Below the pieces are notes generated by a model. That model saw nothing but the letters and a program-made list of their open reading frames with translations. It was not told the DNA's origin and did no database searches. A DNA stretch of 63,447 nt, the filler included, from Diploschistes diacapsis (taxonomy: Eukaryota), in assembly GCA_023645945.1 (NCBI GenBank). It is 18 parts of 18 records of this genome, joined end to end, with 100 filler letters (N's around TTAATTAATTAA, not from the genome) between each part and the next. Parts side by side here need not be neighbours in the genome. Positions count along the whole stretch, not along the records: positions 1 to 20,561 come from JALAIB010000338.1; 17 more parts are not named here. One strand, given 5' to 3'. Made by a program: the position numbers and the translations under genes. The number at the start of each line of letters is the position of its first letter. Position 1 is the first letter of the stretch. Below are positions 1-10,939 of the stretch, piece after piece.

Positions 1-1014
1 ACTGGGAGCATTCGTGACGGGTCGTAACGGTATTTGGGAAGAAGGGGTTGGATGTCCGATGACTGCTGAGAGACTGAGCAGGCAAGATGACAAGATAGCA
101 ATAACGACAACACCAACGAAAACTCTACAACAACAAGACAAGACAAGACTTGTCGATGGCACGAGCTGTTGCCTTCTTAGGACAAGCAGGTTAGCAGGAT
201 ATACGAAGAGTTTTGAAGAGAGCGTCATCATCCAACGCCCGTTTCGATCACTGTCGTGGCTATTCCCGGTGACATCTAAAACGGAGACTCGCGCCCCAAG
301 GCTTGGTATGGGAATCTTCGATAGGCTCCCTTGAACCATGAGAGAGTGGGAGGCTAGTATCTCAGGATGATCATGAAAAAATTGTTGGTCAACATGCGGT
401 GTCCCGAGGGACTGTTGTTCGGGAGGTATCTCCTGCGATCCATGAACAACGTACAAAAGGCTTTCAAGTAACTAAGTGGCATGCTAAGAACCGAAGAGCG
501 TGAAACTTTCGAGCTGAGAGCTTTAAACTGGCTCCAAAGAGAACATTGCAGGGCACGCTAATAAAAGGCCGGTATCCAGCAGGCGGAAGGGGCTGTAGGA
601 GATACGAATACCTTCGGAAACTCTTGGTGATTCGAGGCGAGGCCAAGGAGAGGGAATGTTGCATGCTCCTGCGAGGAGGTAACTGTTTACACAAAAGAGC
701 AAATGGAAACAGAAACGGGAACAGGAACAGGAAATGCAGGTACAAGCGGACATGGTATTTCGCCGTCACACTTACTACGCCTAGCCTCTACCCCAGGCCT
801 ACCTTCCTTCTATCCCAGCTCCATCCAAAACGCCAAGCATGCTATATACAGCAGCAGCAGCAAGGCAAGCACCCGGAAGGAGACTCGAGCCCGGCCAGAC
901 TGTTGCAGTCTAACGGCCACGTAACACAGGCGTAGCATACCGGCAGTCCATCGAACCCAAGACTAGTTGTGACTTCTTCCCACAGACACTCTTTCTATTC
1001 GTTCTCAGCTTCCC

Positions 1015-3521
1015 TCAGAACCTGAAGAAACCCTTTTTCTTCTCCTTCCCGTCTTTCTCCTTAGCCACCTTGACAGCGCCCCTACCGCCCTGCGAGCTTC
1101 CGTGCAAATGCAAATGTGGCAAATGATGCCCCTTATGCTCCGCCGTGCCGTTGCTGTCTGCACCAACCGACGACGACACCGGACGGTTACCGCTCGAGAT
1201 GGTCATATTTGCCAGTCCCGCCGTCGCTACACCCTGGCCCGTGGACGCGCCTGCAGAGGGCTGGGCCGGGAGTTCTTTTTCAAAGACATGCGGTGGCGCC
1301 TGGCGCTGTGGCCGGTCGAGCGGAAGGTCCAGCCGCCGCCTGTCGACACTGAGGTCGCCGAGTTGCCGGAGGAAGAGGCTGGGCGTCAGCATGTGTGAGG
1401 ACGCGAGGTACACATCGCGCGAGTATTGGCGCGAGATCTCGTGGCACGCCCGCGACTCCGAGTATGTGGCGCCGCCGGCCATGAAAACAAAAATGCGCTG
1501 CCGCGGTTCCATGGCGGAAGGGCGCGTACGGGCCCACGTGGGTTTTGCGGAGCGGAGCGAAGATTGAGACATCGAGAGTTGGCTATTTAGTGCTTCATCG
1601 CCGTCTAACATGGGCTTGGTGTAGGGAAAGATGTTCTGGTCCAGCATACCTTTCAGCTGGTCCTCGAGCATGGGCTTTATCAAGGGATCAAACCGAGAGA
1701 GTGAAACTTCATCTTGTAGATTAGTAGGTGGAGGAGGCTTTTTGGGGAAGAGTGGGACGGGTGCCGGTTTGGTGTCCTTGATTTGGCGCAGGACCCGCGC
1801 ACCAAGCAGGTCAAGGTTGCGGATTAGCTCGTTGTCTTGCTGCGGGAGTTGGGCATGGGCAAGGAGTTTCTCGATGTCTGTAGGGAAGATCCCGTCACGA
1901 TGGAGTATGTATTGAATTATGAGACGGATGCGGTCGGGAAGGGTGACGGCGTCGTCGTCCAGGAGCCGGACGACTTGATCTGCTAGATTTTTGGGCTTTT
2001 TGTAGTCCTCGTCCAGTCCAGTTGCCATTGACTGTAGGATTAGCAGCCGATGGGTAAAGGTTTGCGGGGTGAGTTACCTGCTCTACGGAAGCCACGTCTG
2101 GTAAGTGACATTTCTGAAAGACGTTCATGCACTCCTGAGCCATGTTCAAATGCAACGAATAGAGCTCCTTCCCCTCCTGGAATCGAGGTAAACCTGCAAT
2201 CATGTCTTTAATGGTATTCAGAGTGCTTGGGGTACTATATTTCCAATCAGCACACGGACCTTGCTTGCTGAGTGAGGCCCCCTTACTCTTCGGCAAACTG
2301 CGGGTTCTCGGCGCGAAACTTGTTAAAGTCGGCAACCAACTTTTCTAGCAAGTCTTTCATGTGTAAGTGCCGATTCTCCACCCATATCCTGTCCATCTCG
2401 CTAAGCTCCATTTCTTTTTCCTCTTGATTCGGTCTTCCCTGGTTGTGTATCGTCTTATAAAACACCTTGTCTCCTTCTACGAGTGGCAGTGTTTCGTGCA
2501 CCATGGCTTGGTATGTAAACTCATGAACCAACGGCGCGAACAGATCCATTGTCCTATCGGTAATAATAAGAATTCCGCGAGGTCGTGGTGACGGCGGAGG
2601 AAAGTCGTTATGGAACTTAGCATATTCGTCGAGACCGTCCTGCACAAAGCGCGCGAGATGTGTGCACAGTACGCTCGCTTCATGGAGCGGGGTTGGCGGT
2701 CGATAGAAGCGAATGGTAGGATACTCCCCTAGTGTGACGCATATTGATACTATCTGAGCCTACGGTCAGCCATATACCATGATCTATGTATCTCGCTACC
2801 ACACCTTTTGCGAAAGCTCGTACATGTGCCGGGCAACTAGTGGATTGCAAGCTGGATGGAACAGCATCGGAAAGCTCCATGGGTCTCGAAATGTGATGAG
2901 ATGGGATTCTCGAGGGAAGAAGTCAATGTTGAGCGTTCGGAACTGTGCTATTTGTTCTCTTGCAGCTGGACTTCCGTCGATCTTCTGCCGTAGGTCGCTC
3001 GATAGATCTGAGCGCTCTATTAGACTCCGCCCATTGTACCTGTAAAATGCAGGCGTACGTGATGTCCAAATCAGAAACGTTCCTCTGTATTTCCGCCGCT
3101 CGATATCTGAAATCAAGCAGTCCACCACATAGGGTTCAGGCGATAGGAGGTAAACGGCGTATAGGCCCTTGCTACCATTCCGCTGTTTCTCGATCTGCTC
3201 AACGTCTAATCTTCTCTCAGTTTCTTCACACAATTCGTAGACGATCAATGCTGACTTGTCACATTCTCTTGCAGAATATCATCCTCTTTTACTACAGCAT
3301 CCACAAGCCCCCGGCTTCCATCGTCCAAAATGAACACCTTCCACTACTATGTCGTCAGCAATGCAATGGATAGTGCGCACCCATCTTTAAACAGACTTCT
3401 CCTTGCGCAGTATACTTAACGATTTCAAGAATAACTGCAGGAGCTTAGTGATCTTCACGAGTACGCAACTTGGAGAGGAAAGCTCACGCTCCCGCAGTGC
3501 GGATATCGCAGACGTCCCCAT
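1015..3521 (-). CDS. SEC1: Sec1/Munc18 (SM) family exocytic vesicle-fusion protein, multi-exon
   Basis: Exon ORFs give SM-family motifs: 'AVYLLSP', 'IDFFPRESHL', 'IITDRTMDLFAPLVHEFTYQAMVH', 'YSLHLNMAQECM', 'RIFVFMAGGATYSE'. ATG at 3521 (MGTSAISALRE) is followed by a GTGAG donor; stop at 1015-1017. Confidence 0.93.
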
Positions 3522-3939
3522 CGTTCGCACTTGGATGTACCTGTAGTCAACCGCAGTCGTTTGGCAGACAGACAAAACCACTTCGCCAAACCATAATCAG
3601 GGTTTGGCCTTATGCGTACAGTCATGGAAATGAAACTATTGCGGTCAGCGCTTCCGCTGGCTGTCAGTGACTTGTTTTGGCTACCGCACGGAGGGGCGGT
3701 TTTGGCATCATCATGCGAGTAAACATGGTGAAAGCAGCCTCAAGGCTTGGCGCGATCTCACCTTATGCGTTTGAATTACTGTTTCTGGCTAGTTCAGGGG
3801 GTTTATTATATTGCCTTCAAGGTATTCATAAAGAGTAAAGTTGATTGCGAGGGACGCGTACTGGGCAGCCAGAAAGCCAAACTTTGCATGGGTATATCAT
3901 CTCACTTCTAAGTATTCCAACGAGTGCCCTTCTGTAGGC

Positions 3940-6900
3940 CTACCCCCACGTTCCTCCACCACCACCTCTGCCCTGCCTCTTTTGCGCTGAGATTCTCCAA
4001 TCATCCTCGCTCGCAAACTTGTTGTGCAACGGCTGTATGCGCTCCGCTTTCCTTCTCTTCGAGAGACGATCGGAAGGCGCAACCTTGAAAAATGTCGGCG
4101 CCGCTTCAACAAGCCACTTCGGCTCGATGGTCGTCGTGCAATGCATGTATTCCTTCGTCGTTAAGATTAGAGTATGATAAATAACATGCTCCGGATTCTT
4201 TCCGTGAAGTGCCGAGTTGGGGTGCAAATACACTGGCGTCTCCTCAATAAGTGTCTTGTACCCGCCTGGTCCACCCTGCTGATCCTTACGAGAGGAGTTA
4301 TGGAAGAGACCCGCACAAAGGGCTCTCCGCACCAACTGTGTGGAGCGTCCACAGCTGGTAATTGGGTGCCTATAGCGCTTCATAATATTCGCCAATTGCT
4401 CGCGCACATCTCTTGCGCGATGCAGATGCCTGTTCTGGATGAAGTTCTCAAAGCACCACGCTTTAGAGAACTTGCTCTGAATCCAGCCATTGTAGACATT
4501 TAGTAGCGTCAGATGGTCGCCGTGTGGGTCGTGAAAGCGGGCTTTCTTTTGGTCGGCTTGCTGTTGTTTTTCTTTGGGCCGGTAAAAGACGCTCTGTGAT
4601 GCAGACAGCATGGCCAGAATGGTGAGCAGCTCCTCGCTGCAGCCGAGCTCGACGGAAGCGATGAGGACCTTGGAGAGAGATGGCTCCATAGGAAAATCGG
4701 CCATTTTTCGGCCCAGGCGAGTCAAGAGGCCCTCGTCGTCCAAAGCCGCAAGAGCGTAGAGGTGCTCGAGCGCGGAAAGCAATGCCACCGTGGGCGGAGC
4801 ATCCATAAAGTCGAAATGTAGGAGATCGTTGATGCCCATTGCCTTCAACATCAATATTGTCATGGCGAGATTCTGCCGCTGGATATCGGGTATAGGGGTG
4901 GGCAACATTTCCGTTTGAAATGCTGCTTCGGTATACAATCGAAAACAGATGCCTGGACCAGTTCTTCCGGCTCTTCCGGCACGCTGCTTAGCTTGGGCTT
5001 GCGATATCGGTGTGACCTGCAGACTATCCATCCCAAGTTTTGGGTCATACATGTTTTGTTTGACATACCCAGGATCTATTACGAAGTAGATCCCATCAAC
5101 AGTAATACTGGTTTCTGCTATGTTAGTTGCTATAATGACTTTGCGACTTCCAGGAGGAGCCGGCTCGAAGATTCTGCTCTGCATCTCGCCTGGCAGCGCG
5201 CTATAGACAGGCAGAATAAGGAGCTCTGGAACTTTCGGTCCAAGCTTTTTCATTCGCTCGTAGAGTATCTCGCAGCTCGTGTCGATCTCCTCTTGCCCCG
5301 TAAGGAAGAGTAGGATATCACCAGGTTCCCGCTCAAGGTGTATATGCATGACAGTGTCAAGTGCCGCCTCTGCAGTTTATTAGCACAAGATATACATTTT
5401 TTGATGATAGGATAACTTACCGAGATAGTCACTCTCAGGCTCCTTCGAATACAATATCTCAACGGGATACGTTCTACCTGGAATGGTAAAAATAGGACAG
5501 CCGTTGAAGTATTCAGAAAACTTTTCAGCGTCTAAAGTTGCTGAAGTGACTATGATTTTCAAATCGAGCCGTCGTTTGATCGTCCTTTTCAAGAGACCGA
5601 ACAGAACGTCTGTGGCAATGGTCCTTTCGTGGGCTTCGTCGAGCATGATAATCGAATACCTCGAAAGATTTGGATCCAAGAGGATTTCTCGTTGCAGCAT
5701 ACCATCCGTCATGTACTTAATTTTCGTAGCAGGACTGGTGCAATCCTCGAAACGAATAGTATAGCCAACTTCCTCTCCTAGTCTGCAACCCACTTCCTCT
5801 GCAACACGCTTCGCAACTGACATTGCAGCCACTCGCCGCGGTTGTGTGCAGCCAATAATACCCCTATTAGCGAAACCAGCTTCAGCAAAATACTGTGTCA
5901 GCTGCGTGGTCTTTCCGGAACCTGTGTCACCAACCACAATTAGCAGCTGGTTGTCGCGCACTGCGTCTAGAAGCTGCTTGCGTAGCTTGAAGACGGGTAA
6001 TGACTCTCTCTGCTCTCTGATTGACAATGTAGTCCGCTTTCCATAAGACTGGTCTTTGCTTTGGACAACCCGCTTCCATTCTGGAACAGCGCCATTGGTG
6101 TTGTTTGACTGCGAGTTCCTGAGATCATTGGCATAGCGACGTTGATCTGCCCCAACCAGTGGATCATCCCATTGCGTACTATGGCTAGCTTGAGCCTTAC
6201 GCTCAGCAGCTTTGTCTTTGGCTTCGGCCTCCTTCAATTCTCTCCGCTCTTTGGCAAGCTCGCTGCCTTGCATCGCCGCACGGTTCATGGAACCGTCTGG
6301 CGCCTTTACCACCCTGATCGGCGAAAGTTCGAGGGATTGTTTTGTCTGGCCAGCAAGGAACGGTGGCTCCTCATCTCGAACTTCGATATCTACATCTTCC
6401 TCCTGCTCATTGTCCGGCTCAGCGTACTCATTTCCATTTTCTTCTTCATCCACATCCAAATCGTGAGACGGAGGTTTAATACCGGATGCTCGCAGCTGCT
6501 GCGCAGCCCAACGATCAGTTGATGTTTCACGTTTCTTGCACTTGGGTGGAGGCGGCCGCGGTCTACTGCGCTCCACAGCTGGGGCGCTGTTGAAGTTTCG
6601 GTCGTACCTGCTCTGGCGCTCATATCTTCTTGGGCTTGGCGATCTCGGTCGCTTACGCAAATTCTGGCCTGTGTTGTTGAGCGAGCCTTTCCCATCGTTG
6701 CGCTTGGTCTTGAACATGGGGTGCATGCGAAGGACCAACCTGTCAATACTTTGTATCAAACTGTCAGGCATTGAAGCATCCATGCTCTTCAACTCTGTTT
6801 CAAAATCCTTGACGGAAGAGCATTTTGAGCGCTGAGCGATCAGAAATTCGGCCAGCGTCTTGTCATTGGTGCCGAGATGGTTCTGGAGCTCCGAAGTAAC

Positions 6901-6945
6901 TTTCGAAACGAGCGAAAGCTGCTCGAGTAGCTCGAGGTCTTCCAT
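3940..6945 (-). CDS. PRP22: Pre-mRNA splicing DEAH-box RNA helicase Prp22/DHX8 (2 exons, intron 5370-5420, 984 aa)
   Basis: Motifs [25 protein letters not shown] and QRAGRAGR. Prp22-specific segments '[32 protein letters not shown]' and C-terminal '[18 protein letters not shown]'. The GTAAG...CAG intron joins the two ORFs in frame ([16 protein letters not shown]). Confidence 0.95.
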
Positions 6946-7236
6946 ATTGACAGCTACGAGACAACTGCCCTATACCTGACCGTGACCGAGATGTTAAACA
7001 CACACGCTTGCGCAGTATTGGAGGTATCTGGGAACCGTGGTAGCGCACGTTCCTTATTCATACTTTATTTTTAGCTCTTTGAATTAGGTTTAGCGCATTT
7101 CAAATCACTATTGACCTCAGTCTGGTTGCTTTGTCGTGCACTTGGAAGAAGAAGACACGATCGCTTTCGCAACTCTTTGAAGAGCATCGAACTTTAAATT
7201 CTACCCTCCTATCCTGTTCTTCTCAGTCTCCCCAAC

Positions 7237-8301
7237 ATGTGGATGATTAATTGGTGTAAGTAGTCTGCCTCTTTCTGAACTTGTCCTCCCCGTATCGGTC
7301 TACTTTACTATGATACTAGCAGACGGATAAAGCTAATGACTTGTGCCTTCTATGCAGTCTGGGATGTCCTCGCCTCACTCGGCCTCCTCAACAAGCATGC
7401 TAAGCTCCTTTTTCTCGGTCTCGACAACGCTGGCAAGGTGAGTCCGACCCGAACGAATAAGATAGAAATCAATTGGTCCTAAGCTGTTCATAGACAACGC
7501 TTCTCCATATGCTCAAGGTCAGTCTGCACCATCTGCGATGCGCCTCCGCGAGTCCACATACTATGCATGGTTGTATCCTCGTAGCACGGAAGCGAATCTA
7601 GAAAGAAACCAGAAGACTGATCAAGCTACAGAATGATCGTGTGGCTATCCTACAACCGACCCTGCATCCCAGTAAGAAACGCCCAGACGGGCCGGTGTTT
7701 AGTGGGCCGAAAGACTGATAAAGTACAATTAGCATCCGAAGAGCTGGCCATTGGCAATAACCGCTTTACAACATTTGATCTAGGGGGTCATCAACAGGGT
7801 ATTTCACCCATTCTTTCCTCCAATGTACCATTTCAAAGCAGACCTCTCTGCCAGCCCTTTCTTTCTCTATAATCTCTGTCCTAATCTTTCTATTCTTCAC
7901 AGCCCGCCGTCTCTGGAAAGACTATTTTCCAGAAGTCTCTGGAATAGTCTTCCTTGTCGATGCTAAGGATCACGAGCGTTTTCCTGAATCGAAAGCGGAG
8001 CTCGACGCCCTCCTGTCAATGGAAGAGCTTCAAAAAATTCCCTTTTTAATCCTGGGGAACAAGATTGATCATCCGGATGCGGTTAGTGAGGAAGAATTGA
8101 GACATCAGCTTGGATTATGGCAGACGACGGGAAAAGGCAAAGTACCGTTGGAGGGGATTAGGCCTATTGAGGTGTTTATGTGCAGTGTTGTTATGAGGCA
8201 GGGTATGTTTTCCTTCTATAAGATGTTTCTTTGCTGGGTACCGGATTAACGAACCTATAGGCTACGGAGAGGGAATCAGATGGATGTCGCAATACGTGTA
8301 A
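7237..8301 (+). CDS. SAR1: COPII small GTPase Sar1, multi-exon
   Basis: Spliced translation [54 protein letters not shown]...[18 protein letters not shown]...GNKID...[24 protein letters not shown]; canonical GT-AG introns. Confidence 0.97.
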
Positions 8302-8954
8302 ACGAGCGATTATTTTGTTTGCGCCCAAGCCTTCACCTTATGAATGAGTGGAACTTCAGGAGGAAGGTGTCGAGACTAAGTCTCAAACGGCAGCATAAGC
8401 AGTCGTAGCAGCTGGCTATCCCTAAGAAGTAAGAAGTAATTCAATCCCAATATCATGGTTATAGCACCGAAGTAGGGACTTTCCGTAGACACAACACCTC
8501 AAGTTCAACCAATGATTGCATGCAATCTCTGGAAGTAGATAACGTCCACGAAAAACATCGCAGTAGGGGGCCCCAATGACCCTTCACCTTTTCTTCTGTC
8601 CTCACCTTTCACCAGCACCCTCGCAATATCATTGGAAAAGTTGTCTTGCAATGAAGTACGAAGCCTCCAATGTCTGTTACTAGGTTCCCTCTATATCATC
8701 TACTCCTAGTGAAGTCTACTTGCCACTCCACATTTCACGGAAAATCTAATTCGAAGTTCGAATTTTGTCTTTCAATCAGTTTGCCCTCACCCATATTTTG
8801 CCGCTCTAGCCTGCGAGTTCGGGTAAGGTGCTGAGTTGACATTCAGCTCCCACTGAGTCTATTCTCAACAAGATCTTAATGCTCGTGGTACGATACACAG
8901 TACCTCCCAACGCCATTGGTAAGAGGCACTGTCCGTGGAACCTTATAGCTCAAG

Positions 8955-10910
8955 ATGGATAGGCCCAATCAATGTTCAACTTCTTTTGGCCAGGCTTGCT
9001 CGTTAGAATTCGATTTCAGCTAAAAGATATTCAGTTCCGGTGCTACGCTCGTGCATGCTTCAGAACATTACTCGAATTACGGTTTCATAGCTTTCCTCGG
9101 TCTTGAGCAAAGGCCAAATGTCACTTTCTTGCCTCTAGTATGGCAGGCACAGCTGGGTCATATAGACAAGGGCGGCCAGGCTGGAATCAACCAGGCACTG
9201 GTCATTTTCAAAGGAGCTTTGCTTTCAAGCGCTTCCGTCGTCGCCGGGCCTTTCCATATAAAGAGATCGCTCAAGAGCTGGTTATCCTCGGTTAGCCTGC
9301 AGTCCGGACGCACAAGCATATTGTCTGGTCAGAGGGTATTTGCTAGGACATTGCAGAAGACAAAAACCATGGCCAGTTCTAGTATTGCAATAGACTCCCT
9401 TTGGGGACTTTCGTGGGTTTGCAAGATCAGAAAGGTTTAAAGGTCAGTCGCCTGGAGTTAAGTTGTACCTGTGCGCAGATATAGGGATCGCCATCAGAGA
9501 TATGCATAAGGATGGTAGCAATTCTCCTTCGGGTTTCTCCCAGTCACTTACGGACTGCAGCTATCGTTCACGGCGACATCACGCCTGAGAATGTGCTCGT
9601 ATTCAACGATCATTCTAGAGTCATTGCCAAAGTAGCTGACTTTGGATATTCCACGTGCTTCCACAACCGTGATGATTGGCTTCGATGCCGAAGTCAGAGC
9701 CCTGGGATGCTCCGGAATACCACAGCCGTCACTTCACATCTGAAGAGGCTGGGGAATGGGCATTTACTCGTTGGGCTTGCTGTGCTTCTGGCTCATCTTT
9801 GAAGCTGGCTCGTCCGGTTGTTTACCGTTCCCTGGTGACGAGGCTCTCGAAAGCTATCGGTTCATCATTTTCGGACAAAGTTCGTTGGAGAAGAACACAC
9901 TTCAACAGTGGGAAAATAAGTCTAATAATAAGTTGGTCGGATATGTGTGCTGGCTTCTGCATGAAGACGGACCTTTTTTGATAGTAACACTGAGAATAAT
10001 CTGATTGGATTTTTCGCCCAGCCTTAACTTTTGATCCTCAATTAAGACAAACACAACTGGTACAATTGATACTTCTTCTTGTTTCTGCTCGGTATGAGCT
10101 GCCAACAACTTTCACTAGAGACTAATACTCCAACAGTGTTCTCCCAGAAACCGAGCCCATCATAGTGAATTTAGTTCCAAATAAGAGGTTTTCGAGGCTC
10201 TGCACTCGGTCAGACAGCTATACAGGATTTACTAATAATTTACAGATACGTTCTTCTATCACTGACTTCCAATGCAGATTTTAGGCTGCGGAAGTTTATC
10301 GTTCTGTGTCTCCAATCGGTAGCCACTAGCTCGGCCTGCTTAATCGTGCAGCATGTTTCGTGTGCAAACGCAGCTTTACAACTAGCAATGGCCTACACGC
10401 TTGGCCTCGGGAACACTCGAAAAGAAGATTACGAAACAACATCTCTTTTGCACAGATGTTTACTGACAGGTACAGACCTTCAAAGCTGCATTCAGAAGGT
10501 CGATAACTATACCAGAATGATTTTTCCGAGCATGCGCTGTTTCCCACGTTCGAACGTGAAGGACATTTCTTCCATACGCCATTACTTCAGTATTATAGCG
10601 AAGGAAATTTATTACAACTAGCTGGGGTTGTTCGCAGGCATGAAATGCGTGGTATTGTATATTCTTTTGGAACACAGCATGTGCTCTATTGGAGCCAAGC
10701 GATGCAACTGGCATGGATAATGCTGGGCTTAGAGTGCTGGAAAGAGGCTGAGGAGTTGCTCGTACAGGTGATGGAGATAATATCGAAGTTACTGGGAGCC
10801 GAGCACCCTTTCACCCTTCTCATTTACGTTTGGAAGCAGGGACCATGTAATGAAGCCGAAAGGCTAGAAGTGCAGGTTATGAAAGCTGGGAAACGTTTGA
10901 GTAAGGGCAA
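8955..10910 (+). pseudogene. Decayed protein kinase + Sel1/TPR-repeat gene
   Basis: Fragments in order: 'FLPLVWQAQLGHIDKGGQAGINQAL' (Gly-rich loop region), 'HKHIVWSEGIC*DI', 'LCADIGIAIRDMH', 'IVHGDITPENVL', 'AKVADFGYS', 'PWDAPE', 'IYSLGLLC'. These are followed by 'AALQLAMAYTLGLG' and TPR-like 'WKEAEELLVQVMEIISKLLGAEHPFTL'. Several in-frame TAG stops and frameshifts. Confidence 0.75.
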
Positions 10911-10939
10911 GAATGAAAGTGCTAGGCAAAGACCACCCG

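Noticed and set aside
546..935. 129-aa ORF with NGNR and polyQ repeats
   Set aside because: Lies in the SEC1 3' flank; explained by GGAACA and CAG simple repeats; no domain motif.
1102..6835. Many antisense or overlapping ORFs over SEC1 and PRP22 (also 19383-19994, 22447-23046, 31495-32112, 38318-38929)
   Set aside because: Shadow frames of real genes, with no independent motifs.
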